From the human T2T-CHM13v2.0 reference genome, Homo sapiens, in the NCBI RefSeq assembly GCF_009914755.1, contig NC_060937.1: a DNA stretch of 64,000 nt. The stretch is one strand, 5' to 3'. Position numbers and translations under genes: made by a program. Of this stretch, positions 1 through 13,300 are shown one piece after another. Numbering within the stretch: the stretch's first letter is position 1; every line of letters starts with the position of its first letter. Under the pieces are notes generated by a model. That model saw only the letters and a list, made by a program, of their open reading frames with translations. It was not told the DNA's origin and made no database searches.

Positions 1-1563
1 GGAAAAAATATCTGAGCCATAAATAGGAGTTAAATGTAATGAACTATGAAAGTGATGCTCTACTACCTAATAAATATTTTTTAAAAGGGTGTTCCACTTT
101 AATATTAACTGAGCCATTCATATACAAGTACACAGAACATATACCTTTGCACATAATTTTTAACAATGAATTTATGACCTGTCAACTTTTTTCTTCAAGA
201 ACCACGTTATAAAAGTTGACTCATTTAATTAGCCATCAATAAATATATAAAAAACAATTTTAGAGTCAGATAAACAGTAGTGGATTATCTTGGAAAGAAA
301 CGGGAGTTTTCCTTCTGAGAATGAATGGAAGGTGGCAGACGCTGTCTGGGACACAGTGTTCAACGCTTCCCTTTCCTTCTGCATAACAGCGTAACCAAAA
401 TGGATGCCAGAGACTACTTACTCATCTTTGTACCTGACATGGTCTAAAGCAGGATGTTTATACTCAGCTATCTCAAATCCCTTTTGAAATACAGTGGAAA
501 TAAAATAAGTAAATACAACATATATGCATTCCCCAAAGTGTCAAAAACTATTGAATAAGTTACTCAATTTTGCTAAGAAATAGCTGAGTTTAATGTAAAT
601 TTATTAATAAGTCAGACATAAATTGAAATTGCTATTTGATTTATGGAAATATCTTGGCTAACTTGTAGACTAAACTTAACTGCCCTAATGCAGGCAGAAG
701 TCTTTCCCCAGATTATCAGACCAGAAGGCCAGGGAATTATTCCATAGTAATGAAGATATCTTTTCATCCCCAAATTGAAAACAATGTTAGAAAGTTCCTG
801 GTATAATCACTTTAATTAAGTGCAATTCATTTGATCCTTACACAGATCTTCCAGGATTACTGCTTACATATAGACAATTATAAATATCCAGAGACTTCCC
901 AGTTCTTATTACAGGAAACTAAAATGACTTAATAAACAATGCATTCTCCCATAATTTGGGCCGATTCTATTTTCATTATAGTGCTTTCCTATATTTTGTA
1001 CCAAACAAAAAACAAACACTTATTCCTTATTGTTGAACTGCTATGGCTTGAGCCATTGAAAATAAAAGTCAGGTTCAAATATAAGCGGACCATGGAAAAC
1101 AGCCGATGCCTTCTGTCACAATGACACTCTGCCTGTCAACATCCAAAACAGAAAGCAGATCCAGTTTGGAGCTTCCAGCAGCATGACCAGAAATGTAATT
1201 TAGAACAAAATTTGTAATAGTAATAGAAGGAATGAGAGGTTTGTGTTGTTATTATTATTCTTTAATTGACTATATTGGTCATCTAAGAAAGTAAAAACTC
1301 CTTTTTTGGCTTTTTCCAACCCAAAGCCACCTGAATGTTTTGTAAAGAGCCATCACAATAATCAAAGTAGTGGTCCATTTGTGCAGGATAGTGGGAAAGT
1401 AGCTTAGTGCACTTTAAGATATGAGGAATTTGTAGCGTTAAGCAGGTAACTTTGACATCACCTAAAGCTATGCGCCAAATGCCTTTTGTTTCATATTTCT
1501 AAATGAATTTTTCCTTCAAGACATTCCCTGAGTCATCAGACCTAGCTCAAATTGAAATGTACT

Positions 1564-1993
<430 letters not shown>

Positions 1994-4164
1994 TTATTGA
2001 TTCAAATGCCTGCCTTCCACAGTACACAAATTTGACATGACAGTTCAATATATGCACTTACTTCTTATGTTTCCTAAAGTAACCATTGAATTATTTGGGT
2101 AAAACTTACCAGAATGTCTTCAGGTAACAGTAATTACAAATGTCATTTGGTTAGGGAAGATATAATGTGAGACAGGAAAGGAAAGGAAGAAAGAAAAGGA
2201 AAAGAAACAATTCCAAAATAAATTGTTCTGTAACAATAGCTTCCTTTTAGCTCAGTCATCTAGAAAAAGAATAATTCAATAGCATTCAATGCTATTCAAC
2301 AATATGGCAAGATCTCTAAGCCAACTTCTACAGAGTTTATCATTTTTGTTACAGAAGCAATAATCTTTTGTTGGATCATGCCCAGCACAAAATCCCAGAC
2401 AAATGTTTAAAAGGGGAGCTTTCACTTAATATAAAAACTCTTAAAAGACTTACCTAGCCTCTGCAACTCATTTGTAAATCATGTGTTAAAATTGTCTACC
2501 TACCTTCATTATACATCAGATTTTGGATAACAAAGATATCATCTGAAGAAAAAATTTGCTAGTGGTGATTTGAAAGAAAAAAAGAAACCTAAGACACAAA
2601 AACTCTTTCACAACAGTTCAAAAATCTTGAGGCCAAATTTATGCATTCATTTGGCTTTCAGCAGGCAACTGCTTTGTCCTCAGCAGTATTATGCAAGCTT
2701 ACTTAAGAATGCAGAAGAGCTCAGAGAGCTGAAAATTCTATTCCCATTGCCATGGTGAAAACCACAATGAATGAAGATAGCAGCCCCCAAGCACAAGTAG
2801 GGTGGTCTCCAGTATCCCCATGGAACACCACCACTAAACTTGAAAACAATGTTATTACACAACTTAGAAGTGAACTCTCCATCTAGGATCTAAACACATA
2901 CTTCAAATATCATTTCAGAGAAACAGATCCTCTTTCTCCCCATCCCACCAACAATGACAAAACCAACAAAAGACAGTCACGAAAAACAGGAATTTTTGAG
3001 TATCCAAAAAAAATGTATGAATAACATTCACAACAGATATTTCTCATGTTCTGGAGAAATGCAGCTCCTTATTGCACAATCCAGGAGTATTTTGTACAAA
3101 ACCTCCCAGAGGACACCCCCACTGAGATGATCAATCAGCCCACAGTGGCTTCAGGATGCTTTTCAAAAGTCAAGTCTTTGAAGAATGTTAACATTTCACC
3201 ACTTCCTTTTCCGAAGGTTATTGAATCAAGAAGTCATTGTCCCCTATCAATCTTTGCAGGGAAAAAGAGAAATCTACAACTTCCTGATCACACAACTGCT
3301 TGGCTTACGGACAACATTCCATATTTCAAGCAATTATTACATATTAAACCATTGTATTATAAATAAGCGGTTTATTATAGGGGAGCCTTCCTTAGTGACA
3401 ATCTCTGTCAGAGGGATATTTAAATAAAAGGCTAAATTTACCTTTTATAATATTTTGCTGCCTATAATAAACACATGTCTGCACGGGTAGTATGATATGT
3501 ATGCGTGAATAACCTGTTTATTCCTGGGGGCAGTGAGTTGCTCTATGTACGAATATGCACATCAACTGTAGTTGCTAATATTTCATCAAAAGGCCACACT
3601 CCAGGGTGGCTGCTACAGATCTGCTTTCCTTATTTTTATGTCCACACCAACCTGAGAAGTTTTTCTAATTGGCAAAACGGGTATAAGAGGTGGGGGTTTT
3701 TGTTAGTAAAATTATTGGTGCTCAATATATGTGGATTTGGATAGAATCTAAAGACATTCTTCCCTTTTATGTGTAACACTAGAATAATCCAGGGAGCTAA
3801 GGAGGTGAGCCACTTTTTGGAAGTGAGGTGCTTTTTGAAATGGTTGCTGAACTTGATTCCAAAATAGTGGTATATCCAAGCATGATTCACAGGACTTCGG
3901 TTGCCTTATTCCTTCTCTAAGCTTAACCAAGTCCTGCCCTTATAATAGTGTTGTGTTTATCTCACGAGGACCCTTTCATATCAGCTGTGATTGAAGCACC
4001 TACAGGGACAGAGACCTGGGACTTTCATGAGCTTCAGAAAAGGCGCTATGATTACTGGGGCCTGATTGCTATGACATATCTGTGTGGGAATGTTATGAGT
4101 ATGCTTCTGTATTTGCAATGGAATTGTCGGGAAGTAGAACTATAGCCCTTGCCTACCTCTAAAT

Positions 4165-4572
4165 AATGACAAGCACTGCCAGCTATTTACAAAATTCAAT
4201 TTCTCCTTCTGAGGCACATACTTAAACTGTATTTCCCAGTGTCTCTTCAGTGGGATGTGGCCATTAAGTGAAATCTAGCTAAGGAATATGGGAGTAAGTG
4301 ATGTGTGCTGTTTCTCATCATGGCTTTTAAGAAGTAGATGGATACAGCTTCCCATACTCTCTTTCACTTCTGTGGGACATAAGTATTAGAAGAGACTTAG
4401 GGGATGGTATACCTATCAATAGAACCTGGATTCTTGAATCATCATATGGAAGCTGACTGGTAATATCTACTTGGGCTGTAATGTGAGCTAGAAATAAACT
4501 TTTACCGTGTTTCAACCGTTATACATTTTTAGGTCTATTTATTACCATGGTCCCACCTACCTAACTGAATCA
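4165..4572 (+). mobile_element. Old MaLR LTR (MLT1I/J-like)
   Basis: MLT1-like motifs: TATTTCCCAG, TGTGGCCAT, CCTGGATTCTTGAATCA, AGAAATAAACTTTTA. Ends approximate. Confidence 0.65.
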
Positions 4573-4859
4573 GGAGACTATCGATACTTACAAGAAATAA
4601 TCTAGTAATTGTTTATGACCAGACTGATTTAGAACACTTTGAAAATATTCAACTATAAATGATCAGTGCACTTTATTTGAAGAACATTTGAGAAAAAAAT
4701 TGTATTGGGGAATTAGCAGACAGAAATTTTACCAAGCAATTTTAGATTTTTACATATGACTTTTGACTGACCACTACTTCTAAGTCTTTCTAATTTTTTT
4801 CTTTTCTTTTTCTCATTCAGGAATCACAGCAGGAATCTTAATTATACTACCATGCCTAA

Positions 4860-5420
4860 AAATAGCAGCTAGCAATTCTTGAGAACTAACTATGTTTTGG
4901 GAACTGTCCTCAGAGCTTTCTGGCGATTGATTAATTTCACAACATTAAGAGGCAGATGCCACAATTGTTCCCATTTTATAAAGAAGAAACTGAAGTACAG
5001 AGAGACTACTTCCCCAAATTTATACAAATTGTAGGCCAGGTGCAGTGGCTCACGCCTGTAATCCCAGCACTTTGGGAGGCCAAGGCGGGTGGATCACGAG
5101 GTCAGGAATTCAAGACCAGCCTGGCCAAGATTGTGAAACCCTGTCCCTACTAAAAATTAAAAAATTAGCCAGGTGTGGTGGCGGGCTCCTGTAATCCCAG
5201 CTACTCGGGAGGCTGAGGCAGAGAACTGCTCGAACCCGGGAGGCGGAGGTTGCAGTGAGCCGAGATTGCACCATTGCACTCCAGCCTGGTCAACAGAGCA
5301 ATACTCCCGTCTCAAAAAAAAAAAAAAAGAAAAAAATTGTAAATGGCAGCAAGGGAACCTGAACCCATGTCTAGCACCAGTAGGCACTCTCTTAACATCT
5401 TCACTATATTACACCTGCCT
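4860..5420. mobile_element. MIR interrupted by an Alu
   Basis: MIR core (CCCATTTTATAAAGAAGAAACTGAAG) before the Alu, continuing after it (AATGGCAGCAAGGGAACCTGAACCCATGTCT). Confidence 0.75.
5034..5336 (+). mobile_element. Full-length Alu (AluSg-like)
   Basis: GGATCACGAGGTCAGG with CCAAGAT variant; poly-A; TSD AAATTGTA. Confidence 0.95.
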
Positions 5421-5827
5421 TCTGCAGATATCACAGTAGATTCAAAGATGAACGAGCCCTAACTCTACCCCAAGGAGTTTATAAAATTAGACATAATACA
5501 AAGTAGTACAATATATGCATCGCTAAGTGAAATACAACATATTGTGGACTTTCAAAAGAGGGAGAGATGATATCTAATCAAAGAAATCTGGAATATTTAA
5601 CGAAGGAAAAATAGCATTTGTTATTCATTTTAATCCAATTTAACATACTTGTATTATGCAATATTTTATGCCAATTCTTCAGAGCCTGTGGTCAAATAAT
5701 AACTATGAAATGTATCCACATTGATATGTACTCAGGAAAATATCCTAATCTTTAAAGTAGGAAAATAAGATTAAAATATTCGTAAATTATGTTCTTATTT
5801 AAATGTCAAACCCGAAACTACTCAGGA

Positions 5828-5975
5828 TTTTTTTTTTTTTTTTTAGGAATTGGGGGTTGGGGGGTGGGTCTCACTATGTTGCCCAGGCTGGCCTCAACCT
5901 CTCTGCTCAAGAGATCCTCCTGCCTCAACCTCCTGTGTATCTGGGACTACAGGCGTGTGTCATCACAACCGACTA
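5828..5975 (-). mobile_element. Alu monomer (FLAM/AluJ left arm)
   Basis: Poly-T, then GGGTCTCACTATGTTGCCCAGGCTGG...CTGGGACTACAGGCG. Confidence 0.8.
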
Positions 5976-6039
5976 GTTTTTTTTTTTTTTCTTTAAGTAA
6001 GTAAGTTTTAAATGAATTTTTCTGTTGTGTTGCTGTCTT

Positions 6040-6610
6040 TAATAAGTGAACATATGTTTGCATTTGCACAAGTGTATTAAACTCTAACATGCATATTGAC
6101 AAGTGTACATATAAGGTCAGAGCTCAAGGAATTTTCATAAGCTGAAGACACCATGTAAACTTTACAAACATTAAAAAGAATCAACCAGCACCCCAGTAGC
6201 CTTCCTTCTATTCCTTTTTAATCACCACCCCTTCCCAAGGGTTATCCTACCTCCTGACAAAATAGATTGGTTTTGCCTCTCTTTGTACTTAAATAAATGG
6301 AATCATAAATTATGGACTCTTTTGCTATGGCTTCTTTGACTCAAATTTATGTTTACGAGACTCATCCATAGTGATGAGTATAATTAGAATTGGTTTATTT
6401 TCATTGCTGCATAGCATTTCATTATGTGAATATACCACAATTTATCCACTCTACTGTTCATAGGCATTTGGACAATTTCCAGTGTTTGATTGCTCAAAAA
6501 AATAATTCTGGGAACATTCTCATATGCCGTTTCATTCACATATCTATACATTTTTGTATGGACTATATGGAGGGGTGAAATTGCCAGATCACAGGGTATA
6601 AAAGCATTTA
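6040..6610 (-). mobile_element. Old L1 3' end (L1ME-like)
   Basis: Antisense L1M 3' motifs: AATGGAATCATA, TTTATTTTCATTGCTG, ATATACCACAATTTATCCA, GGAGGGGTGAAATTGC. Confidence 0.8.
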
Positions 6611-7772
6611 GAAAGATATTACCTATTTGGAAATCAAGCTCAATAAATAATGTTATGAGTTAGTAGTAGCACAAACCAAATGAGAAATGCTTAATAAAAT
6701 AAGCATTAGCTGTGAGAATATGTGTCAACATTCACACAACATCTTCCTAATTCCATCTTCCATCTTCCTCTTTCCAGTATCAGATTTTAGCCACAGTTCA
6801 TTAGAAGCTTATCTTGTCATTTTTCAGGAAATTTATTTTATAATACCACATTATGCTTCAGGGCATGTGTTTCAGGACAACTGAGGGAGTCTTCATGGTG
6901 GATTTGGGCTGGAGTTGAGGTAGAGCAAGGGCCCCTGCATTTGGTGTTATCAGTCTTCTGGGACTTTCCTGGGGTACTGTTTTCACTTCTTCTTCTTATT
7001 TCTAGTTTAGTAAATTTCACATATAATGCTTCAAGCTGCTGTGGGCTTATTTTTTTTGCCATTTGTGTTAAAACATGCTATGAAATTCTTGCTTACAAAA
7101 CTTGGATAGAAGGCATGATAACACCAATTATTTGTCTTATCTCTGCCCAACCACCTAAATGATATAATTACTGGCAACTGAGGTTTTTTCCTATGCCTGT
7201 TGGCATTTAGACCCCTAAGAGTATTATACAGGCTAGGGTAAATTAACCTGAGAGAAAATAGCATGGTAACTTATTTCAAAACACAAATCATTTTTACTAG
7301 AACCAGGCCAAATCAATGTCTTTGAGAAGCTACAGGGTCTTGAGTCAAATTACTGGGGGTGGACATGGTACTTTTTCCTAAACACACAATGAAAAGGATC
7401 ACTCTGATTATAAAGTCTGAGTTTCCCTTTCTAACCCGTCTGTGGCACATGACCAGTTTATTTGGTGGAAAACACATTCCTCAGACCCCAGGACAGGCCA
7501 ACTTGTCCTAGTTTAACTTGTGCTGTGCTTTTTTGTAATAGCAACCTAAGACGGAAACATCTGGAAAAATACCATGACTGAGCTGGTGGGATCAAAGACC
7601 AAAGTGAAATGCTCTATTGTTAATTTCCAGGAACTGACACAGAACGCAGAGTGAAATAACTCAGCTGGGCATGAATCCCGTTGGATTTCTGAAAAGCTTG
7701 CATACTACTATATTGCCTCAGCCGATAACTGAAGGAAAAGTAGTTCAGCAAAGTTGAGGAAAAACAAATTTT

Positions 7773-7816
7773 TGTGCATGTGTATGCACATGCATGTGTA
7801 TGCATACGCACATGTG
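7773..7816. repeat. Alternating purine-pyrimidine tract
   Basis: TGTGCATGTGTATGCACATGCATGTGTATGCATACGCACATGTG, 44 nt of strict alternation. Confidence 0.85.
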
Positions 7817-8619
7817 GAAGAACTCAGGTCTGTGTTCAACATGTTAATAGTGTATTCCTCTGCTGGCAAAGACAGCTTGCCATAAAAATACTGAAAAAAA
7901 AAAAACAAAAAACAAAAGCAAGCTGAAGAAACACTTAAGTCCTTCATGAATTGAAATTAAGAACTGTGCTTGCAAAGAAGCATCCCGGTGCCCCACCAGA
8001 CTGAACTCCAGGGGGCAGTGGCTTTCTGGCATATCTTTGCTCCCCTTGGCAGCTGGGGCAGTGTCTGGCTCATAGTTTTGCAGTAACCGAAGGTGTACTG
8101 GATGAAGGATTAATGAATGCATAAATGAATGGGAGAATAAATACAACAAGCAGCAAAGCTTCATAGTCTCAGTGCTGAATTCAAAGTGAGAAGTCTAAAC
8201 CTTGACACTTTTCAAGCCTTTCTCATTTGCAGCCAGTTTGCCTCCTTGAACTTTGTTCAATACATTACGAAGAAAGAAAGAAAACAATACTTACCTACCT
8301 TGAGTAGACATTTGATGCTTAGATATTTGCAGAATCAGGACTAGAAAGGTCCTTCAGACATCACCCCTATTTCTCTGTCCATAGCAAGTGTATAATGACA
8401 GAATGGATGTGAAATGAAGAAATGTCCAAGAAATGAGATTATGCAGTCTCCTTGGGTAACGACTGAAGTTAGAGTACTGAGCAAATGTAAATTGCAACAG
8501 AAATGGTAAAGAAAATTAATATGAACTGACGTCTTTGATGAGAGTAAGAGTAGTAAGACTATGTGGGGAAAAATAATCTGAACAATTTGAATCAGGTTCT
8601 ATTGACTCAGTGATCAAGC

Positions 8620-8743
8620 CCTAGAATATAAACCCAAGGAGGGCTGATATGTTTATCTGTTTTGTTCATTAATGTATCCCAAGGGTTGAGAACAATGCCA
8701 GACATATTACAGATGCTTAGCACATGTTTGTTGAATGAATGAA
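8620..8743 (+). mobile_element. L2 3' end fragment
   Basis: CTAGAATATAAA...TGTTTTGTTCATT...TGTTTGTTGAATGAATGAA terminus. Confidence 0.8.
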
Positions 8744-9739
8744 CCTTAATATGTTAAAAAAAAAAAAAGAGGAGGCATGAAACTCCATTATATTAGGCCA
8801 ATTCATTCTCCAGTTCATTTACTCTATGTTTTCCCCAACTGTGGTGCCACACAATGATACTTTTGATCATACAGTTTAAAGGACAAAAAGGTAGAGAATA
8901 AAATGCCTTTTCCCTTCCCCTACCTTGAGCTCCTTTTCCATACAACCTCTGAATATTTGGGCAATAAAGTCAAAAGTCTGCAGCTGGAGAACAGTGGTAT
9001 CAGTTTCATGTACTTAATGTGTGAATGCAGTATGTAATTGCAAGAGAAAAGAGAAAGTGCTAGCTTTCTCTCTTTTACAGTTTGTGTGAACATAAATCAA
9101 ATACAGGAAAGTTATAAAGTCATTGTGCAGTTTTTTAAACATTTATAATTCTGATGTCAGAGGTGGTAGAAAAAATTTGTAAATGGCATGCAAATCAAAT
9201 TTTCCTCCTAAAGTTGTTAAAACCTGAGTTCTGCTAGTCCCAGCACCTATTTTTATCTTCTTGTCTACCATAGGCATATGAACATTTGTCACAGGTACTT
9301 GAATAATGAATACATCTTGTACAATCACATAAGGGTTTTCTTCTTAAACATGAACATGTTTTTGTTTTAAAATGTCATCTGCAGATTTCTTCTAGCCTGC
9401 CGATACATTTAGGTTATTCCAAGTTTAGAAGAGCCCGAAGGTGTAGGGAGACTCCTCTTAACTCCAGGAAGAAACAAAGGTGGGATAGGCCAAGTTGCTT
9501 TTATTACACTTCTTACCAGTGTCCAGTGTCTTTTCTCTTCTTTGGAATCATCCTGCCTTATTCATATCCCTCTTGAAACAGGACAGGACTGGACTCTACC
9601 AAAAAGACTAACTACCCAAGCTTTTTCCCAAAGGCACTGTTGGTTAACAGACATGTTGCAGAAGAATCTGTGTGAAGCCCTCAACTGCTCTGACTTGGGT
9701 GCCCCCAGAGGCTAAATTAGGTCACACCAGCTGCATAAT

Positions 9740-10320
9740 ATTAAATGGGGCAGGGGCGGCCGGAGCAACGCTGTGAGAAGCTGACATTCCTCAAAGCATG
9801 AATTGGAAGCCAAAGTGGTAGTTTTTGTTTTGCCTTTTGAAAATACATCTTTCTATTTCCCTCTGTCATTTAACTAACAGCTCCTCTAACTTTCCACCCG
9901 CTCAAAAGGCAAAAGAGACGGAGGGAAGGAGTCACATCAAGGACCAATTTTCCTTAAGCAAAATTCTTCCTTGTTAGCCATTCTGCAAAAATTCATTAGC
10001 TGAATTAACCATTCTCCACGGACCTCATCTTTATTCCTCTCTTCTTTCCCCTCCCCGCTTCTTTTTAACCTTTCAGCACAGAATTAAGTCTTTGTGATAT
10101 TCAGCACATCAATGAACTCACCCAGCCAGGCGGAGCTCCTGGGCCGGGGCAGGGGCGACTTTGTGGGCTGCATTCCAATTGACTGGGGTGGTGACAAGGA
10201 GACCCAGCCCCAGCCATCAAATGGGCCCTGTGTCTGAGTATGATTCATAACACAAACATGTTTAGAAAGCGAAAGAAAGGAAGAAAGGAGCATGGGATTT
10301 GAAGTCATTGAGTCAGTATT
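9740..10320. promoter_or_regulatory. Candidate enhancer / alternative promoter
   Basis: Locally GC-rich unique DNA; GGGGCAGGGGCG at 9747 and 10146, TEAD-like CATTCC at 9785 and 10171, AP-1 TGAGTCA at 10309. Motif inference only. Confidence 0.4.
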
Positions 10321-13300
10321 GTTGCAAGATTTAGAGCATTATGTGGGGAGAGAAAGAGTGTTAGTCTTGTGTCCTAGCACCCAATCCACAGACAGATCTG
10401 CATCAAAAGAAGGCATTTCACATCTTCTAAGATAAGCCCAAATTAAAACAAAACCAAACAAACCCCACATCTACTCTTCCCACTCCACCATCCCACTCCC
10501 ACCCTGTCCTGGTAAAATAAATGAATGCATGAAATAAACAAGTAAGTCCTGGTCAATCTTACTTATATATTTTATCTTATGAATACTGTAGTATGCCAAA
10601 TTAGCTGCTAATTCTTTACATGGGATTTGAAAAAAATGCTGCAGGGATTTTTAAATATTCAATGAACTTAAAGAACAAATGGAATATAATAGATTCAAAA
10701 TGAAATGATTGCCTAGAAGTATGCTCTGATTCCTAAAATAAGATTTTTTTTTAAAGGGTAAAGTTTTTTTGGTCTTTTTTTTTTTTCCAGAATGCCATAT
10801 AACTAAAATCTGAGTAAAAGGAATTGGCCATGTCTAACTTTTCTCTTACTCCCTTATTTTTAACAGACTTATGTACATTTTATCCAGAAATCTCCTAACA
10901 ATGCAAGTAGCGTCTGGGGGAAGTAAAAGCTGCATATTAAAAGTAGGGTGGAAGAGAATGTCAGCTTGAATGTGTGCAGCCCCTAAAGATTATCATCCAC
11001 TTTAAATGATAAAGATCGGCAAGGCCCCTCATTAAAGCAGAATTCCTTGAAGCTCCCAATAGCGGTTGTGCATTTTCTTCATTTATAAAATACAATATCT
11101 GATTCAGTCACAGAAACCTCACAATATTGTCTTATCTTTGACAAAATTAAACAGCTTTGCCTTTCCTATCTTCTACTCTAGTAATCTTTGGCATTAACAT
11201 AAAATTTCGGCTGTGACCAAACAGCCTTGCCGACTTTACAGCATGTAAAGAATCCCATTCATCCTGAGCTGCCTGGGAGATAAAGGTGGGAAATGGGTGT
11301 AATGTTTAGTGATACACAAATATTGCTGCCCAATGATCAGAATACGGATTCCACAGATTCACCTTCCTTAAACGTTTCAGTAATGTTTTCCTTATTTTAT
11401 TTTATAATATTTATTTTTTAAGAAATGGTTAGGGCATGGATTTAGCTTCCCAATTAGTAAGTAGGTGAATCAGTCTACATTTCAAATGTGGGCTGTACCA
11501 GTCCATCTACTTAGCTTCTGGAGACAGCTTCAACAAAACCCAGAACAGGCTGCACTCCCTTTTGTCCTGACCCCAATCTTGCTTATGAAAGAGAACACTT
11601 TTAGATGTGAAAAAAATGGCAAATAATGAGTTGTTTCTCTACTCTGGACTTCTTGTGAAATACAACTACAATTCCTTCATCTCTCCCTAGTCCCTAAGTT
11701 TAAGCTGATGTCACTAATGTGATCACAGTGCTCTAAAGTTACAGTGTTTTACCTATCATTGAACAAAGAAAAAGAGAAACATTTCCAGCCAGCTTTGGAT
11801 GAAATGGTTTCAAAACATATTTGGTATTCCCATCCTCTTCTCTGGATAAGTAAGGAAACAAAAAGTGAAAAGCTTTATAACCAATAAATGTCTCATTCAT
11901 TATATGTGAAATAAGAGTTGAATTAGTCTTCTGAAATGAATCAAAATGTTTTAGCTTTTACTAAAGTTGTAATATTCCTAATTGAGCAAAGTAGTTTAAG
12001 TTCATGATTCTTTCTAAATCTTATTTTTTTAAAGGTTTTAATCATTTCAGAAATGAAGGACAGATGAAGAAATTTTTTTAAAAAATTTAATCATTTCGAG
12101 TTGTATAAATATTAGGCCCATATAGATTTTTAACAATCATATTCTCCTGCTTGCAAAGAGTTCATAAGTTATTTTTCTATCTTTTCCTGAGAGTCTTTCC
12201 CTAAGGTAAACCTCACCAATATAGGTTATGATTGACTAAATTTTTTTTAGAAATATATTTAAAAATCCAAGTACTTTTTATAACTCTTAATAAGATACAT
12301 ATTTCTTTTACAGAAGTAAAAATGTCGAGAATAATGATTTTCAATAAAGTGAACAAAGCACAAAGCGCTTTTATAGAAAATGCACAGCCTAACAGCCTGT
12401 GTGTTCCTAGAAGGTCTGGATCACCAGCTGTGTTTGCACCTGCTTAGCTGCCCCTGGCCTTTACGCTAACAGGCAAGCCTCCTTCAAATCAGGCTATCTG
12501 GAGTCTGTATTCACTCTTCTCCCACAGCTCTTTTCCTAATTGAGGCACATCACACTCTCAGAAATAAGGCTTATTTTCCAAAGACTTTGGAGTGTCTGAA
12601 GATTAAGGTCTGGGTTACTATATAATCCTCAACTTACAGAGTACGCCTTTGCCCATCAAAATGTAATCCATACCTCAATTTGAACCTCTTTAGGTAGGTT
12701 TGGTTAATGGATCATTCATCCTTTGTGTCTTCTTTCTGTAAGTAGCAATGAATGTTGCCAGCATCATGGGGGAGAAATAGTAAGACAAGCACTTAAAAGA
12801 ACCGTTCTAAAAGAAGCAAACAGGAGAGTGCTTACCAGCCAGAAACTGGGAACAACCACACCGGTTTCCTTAATGTATCAAAATGACAAGATTTTTAAAA
12901 TACATGAGTATAACCCAAGACTCCCTTCCAGAACTGATTTGTAGATACTAAAGGAAGTGGGGTTTGTGACGTTTGAGTAGGGAAATTAATATCTCAAGAC
13001 TTTCAGTAGGGAAGAAGGAGGTGAACTTGGTCAAAAGTTAGAAAACTTTCAAGAGGCTGTTTGAAAAGTGTAAATAATTTTATTATCACTTTCCTTCCTT
13101 GTAAGAGATACTTGAGGGATATGAATTTGGTGAGAGACAGGAAAAGAAGACCCTCATGGTATGCTGTCGCAAACAACAACAGTAGCAAGATAAAAACTGT
13201 TATAAGTTCTATAGATTGTATTTGCCCAGAAGTTTCTCAATTTGTACCAGAAGTCCTGAAGTTACGTGTCCTGGAAAGAACTTCCTTCATATAGTTCCGT

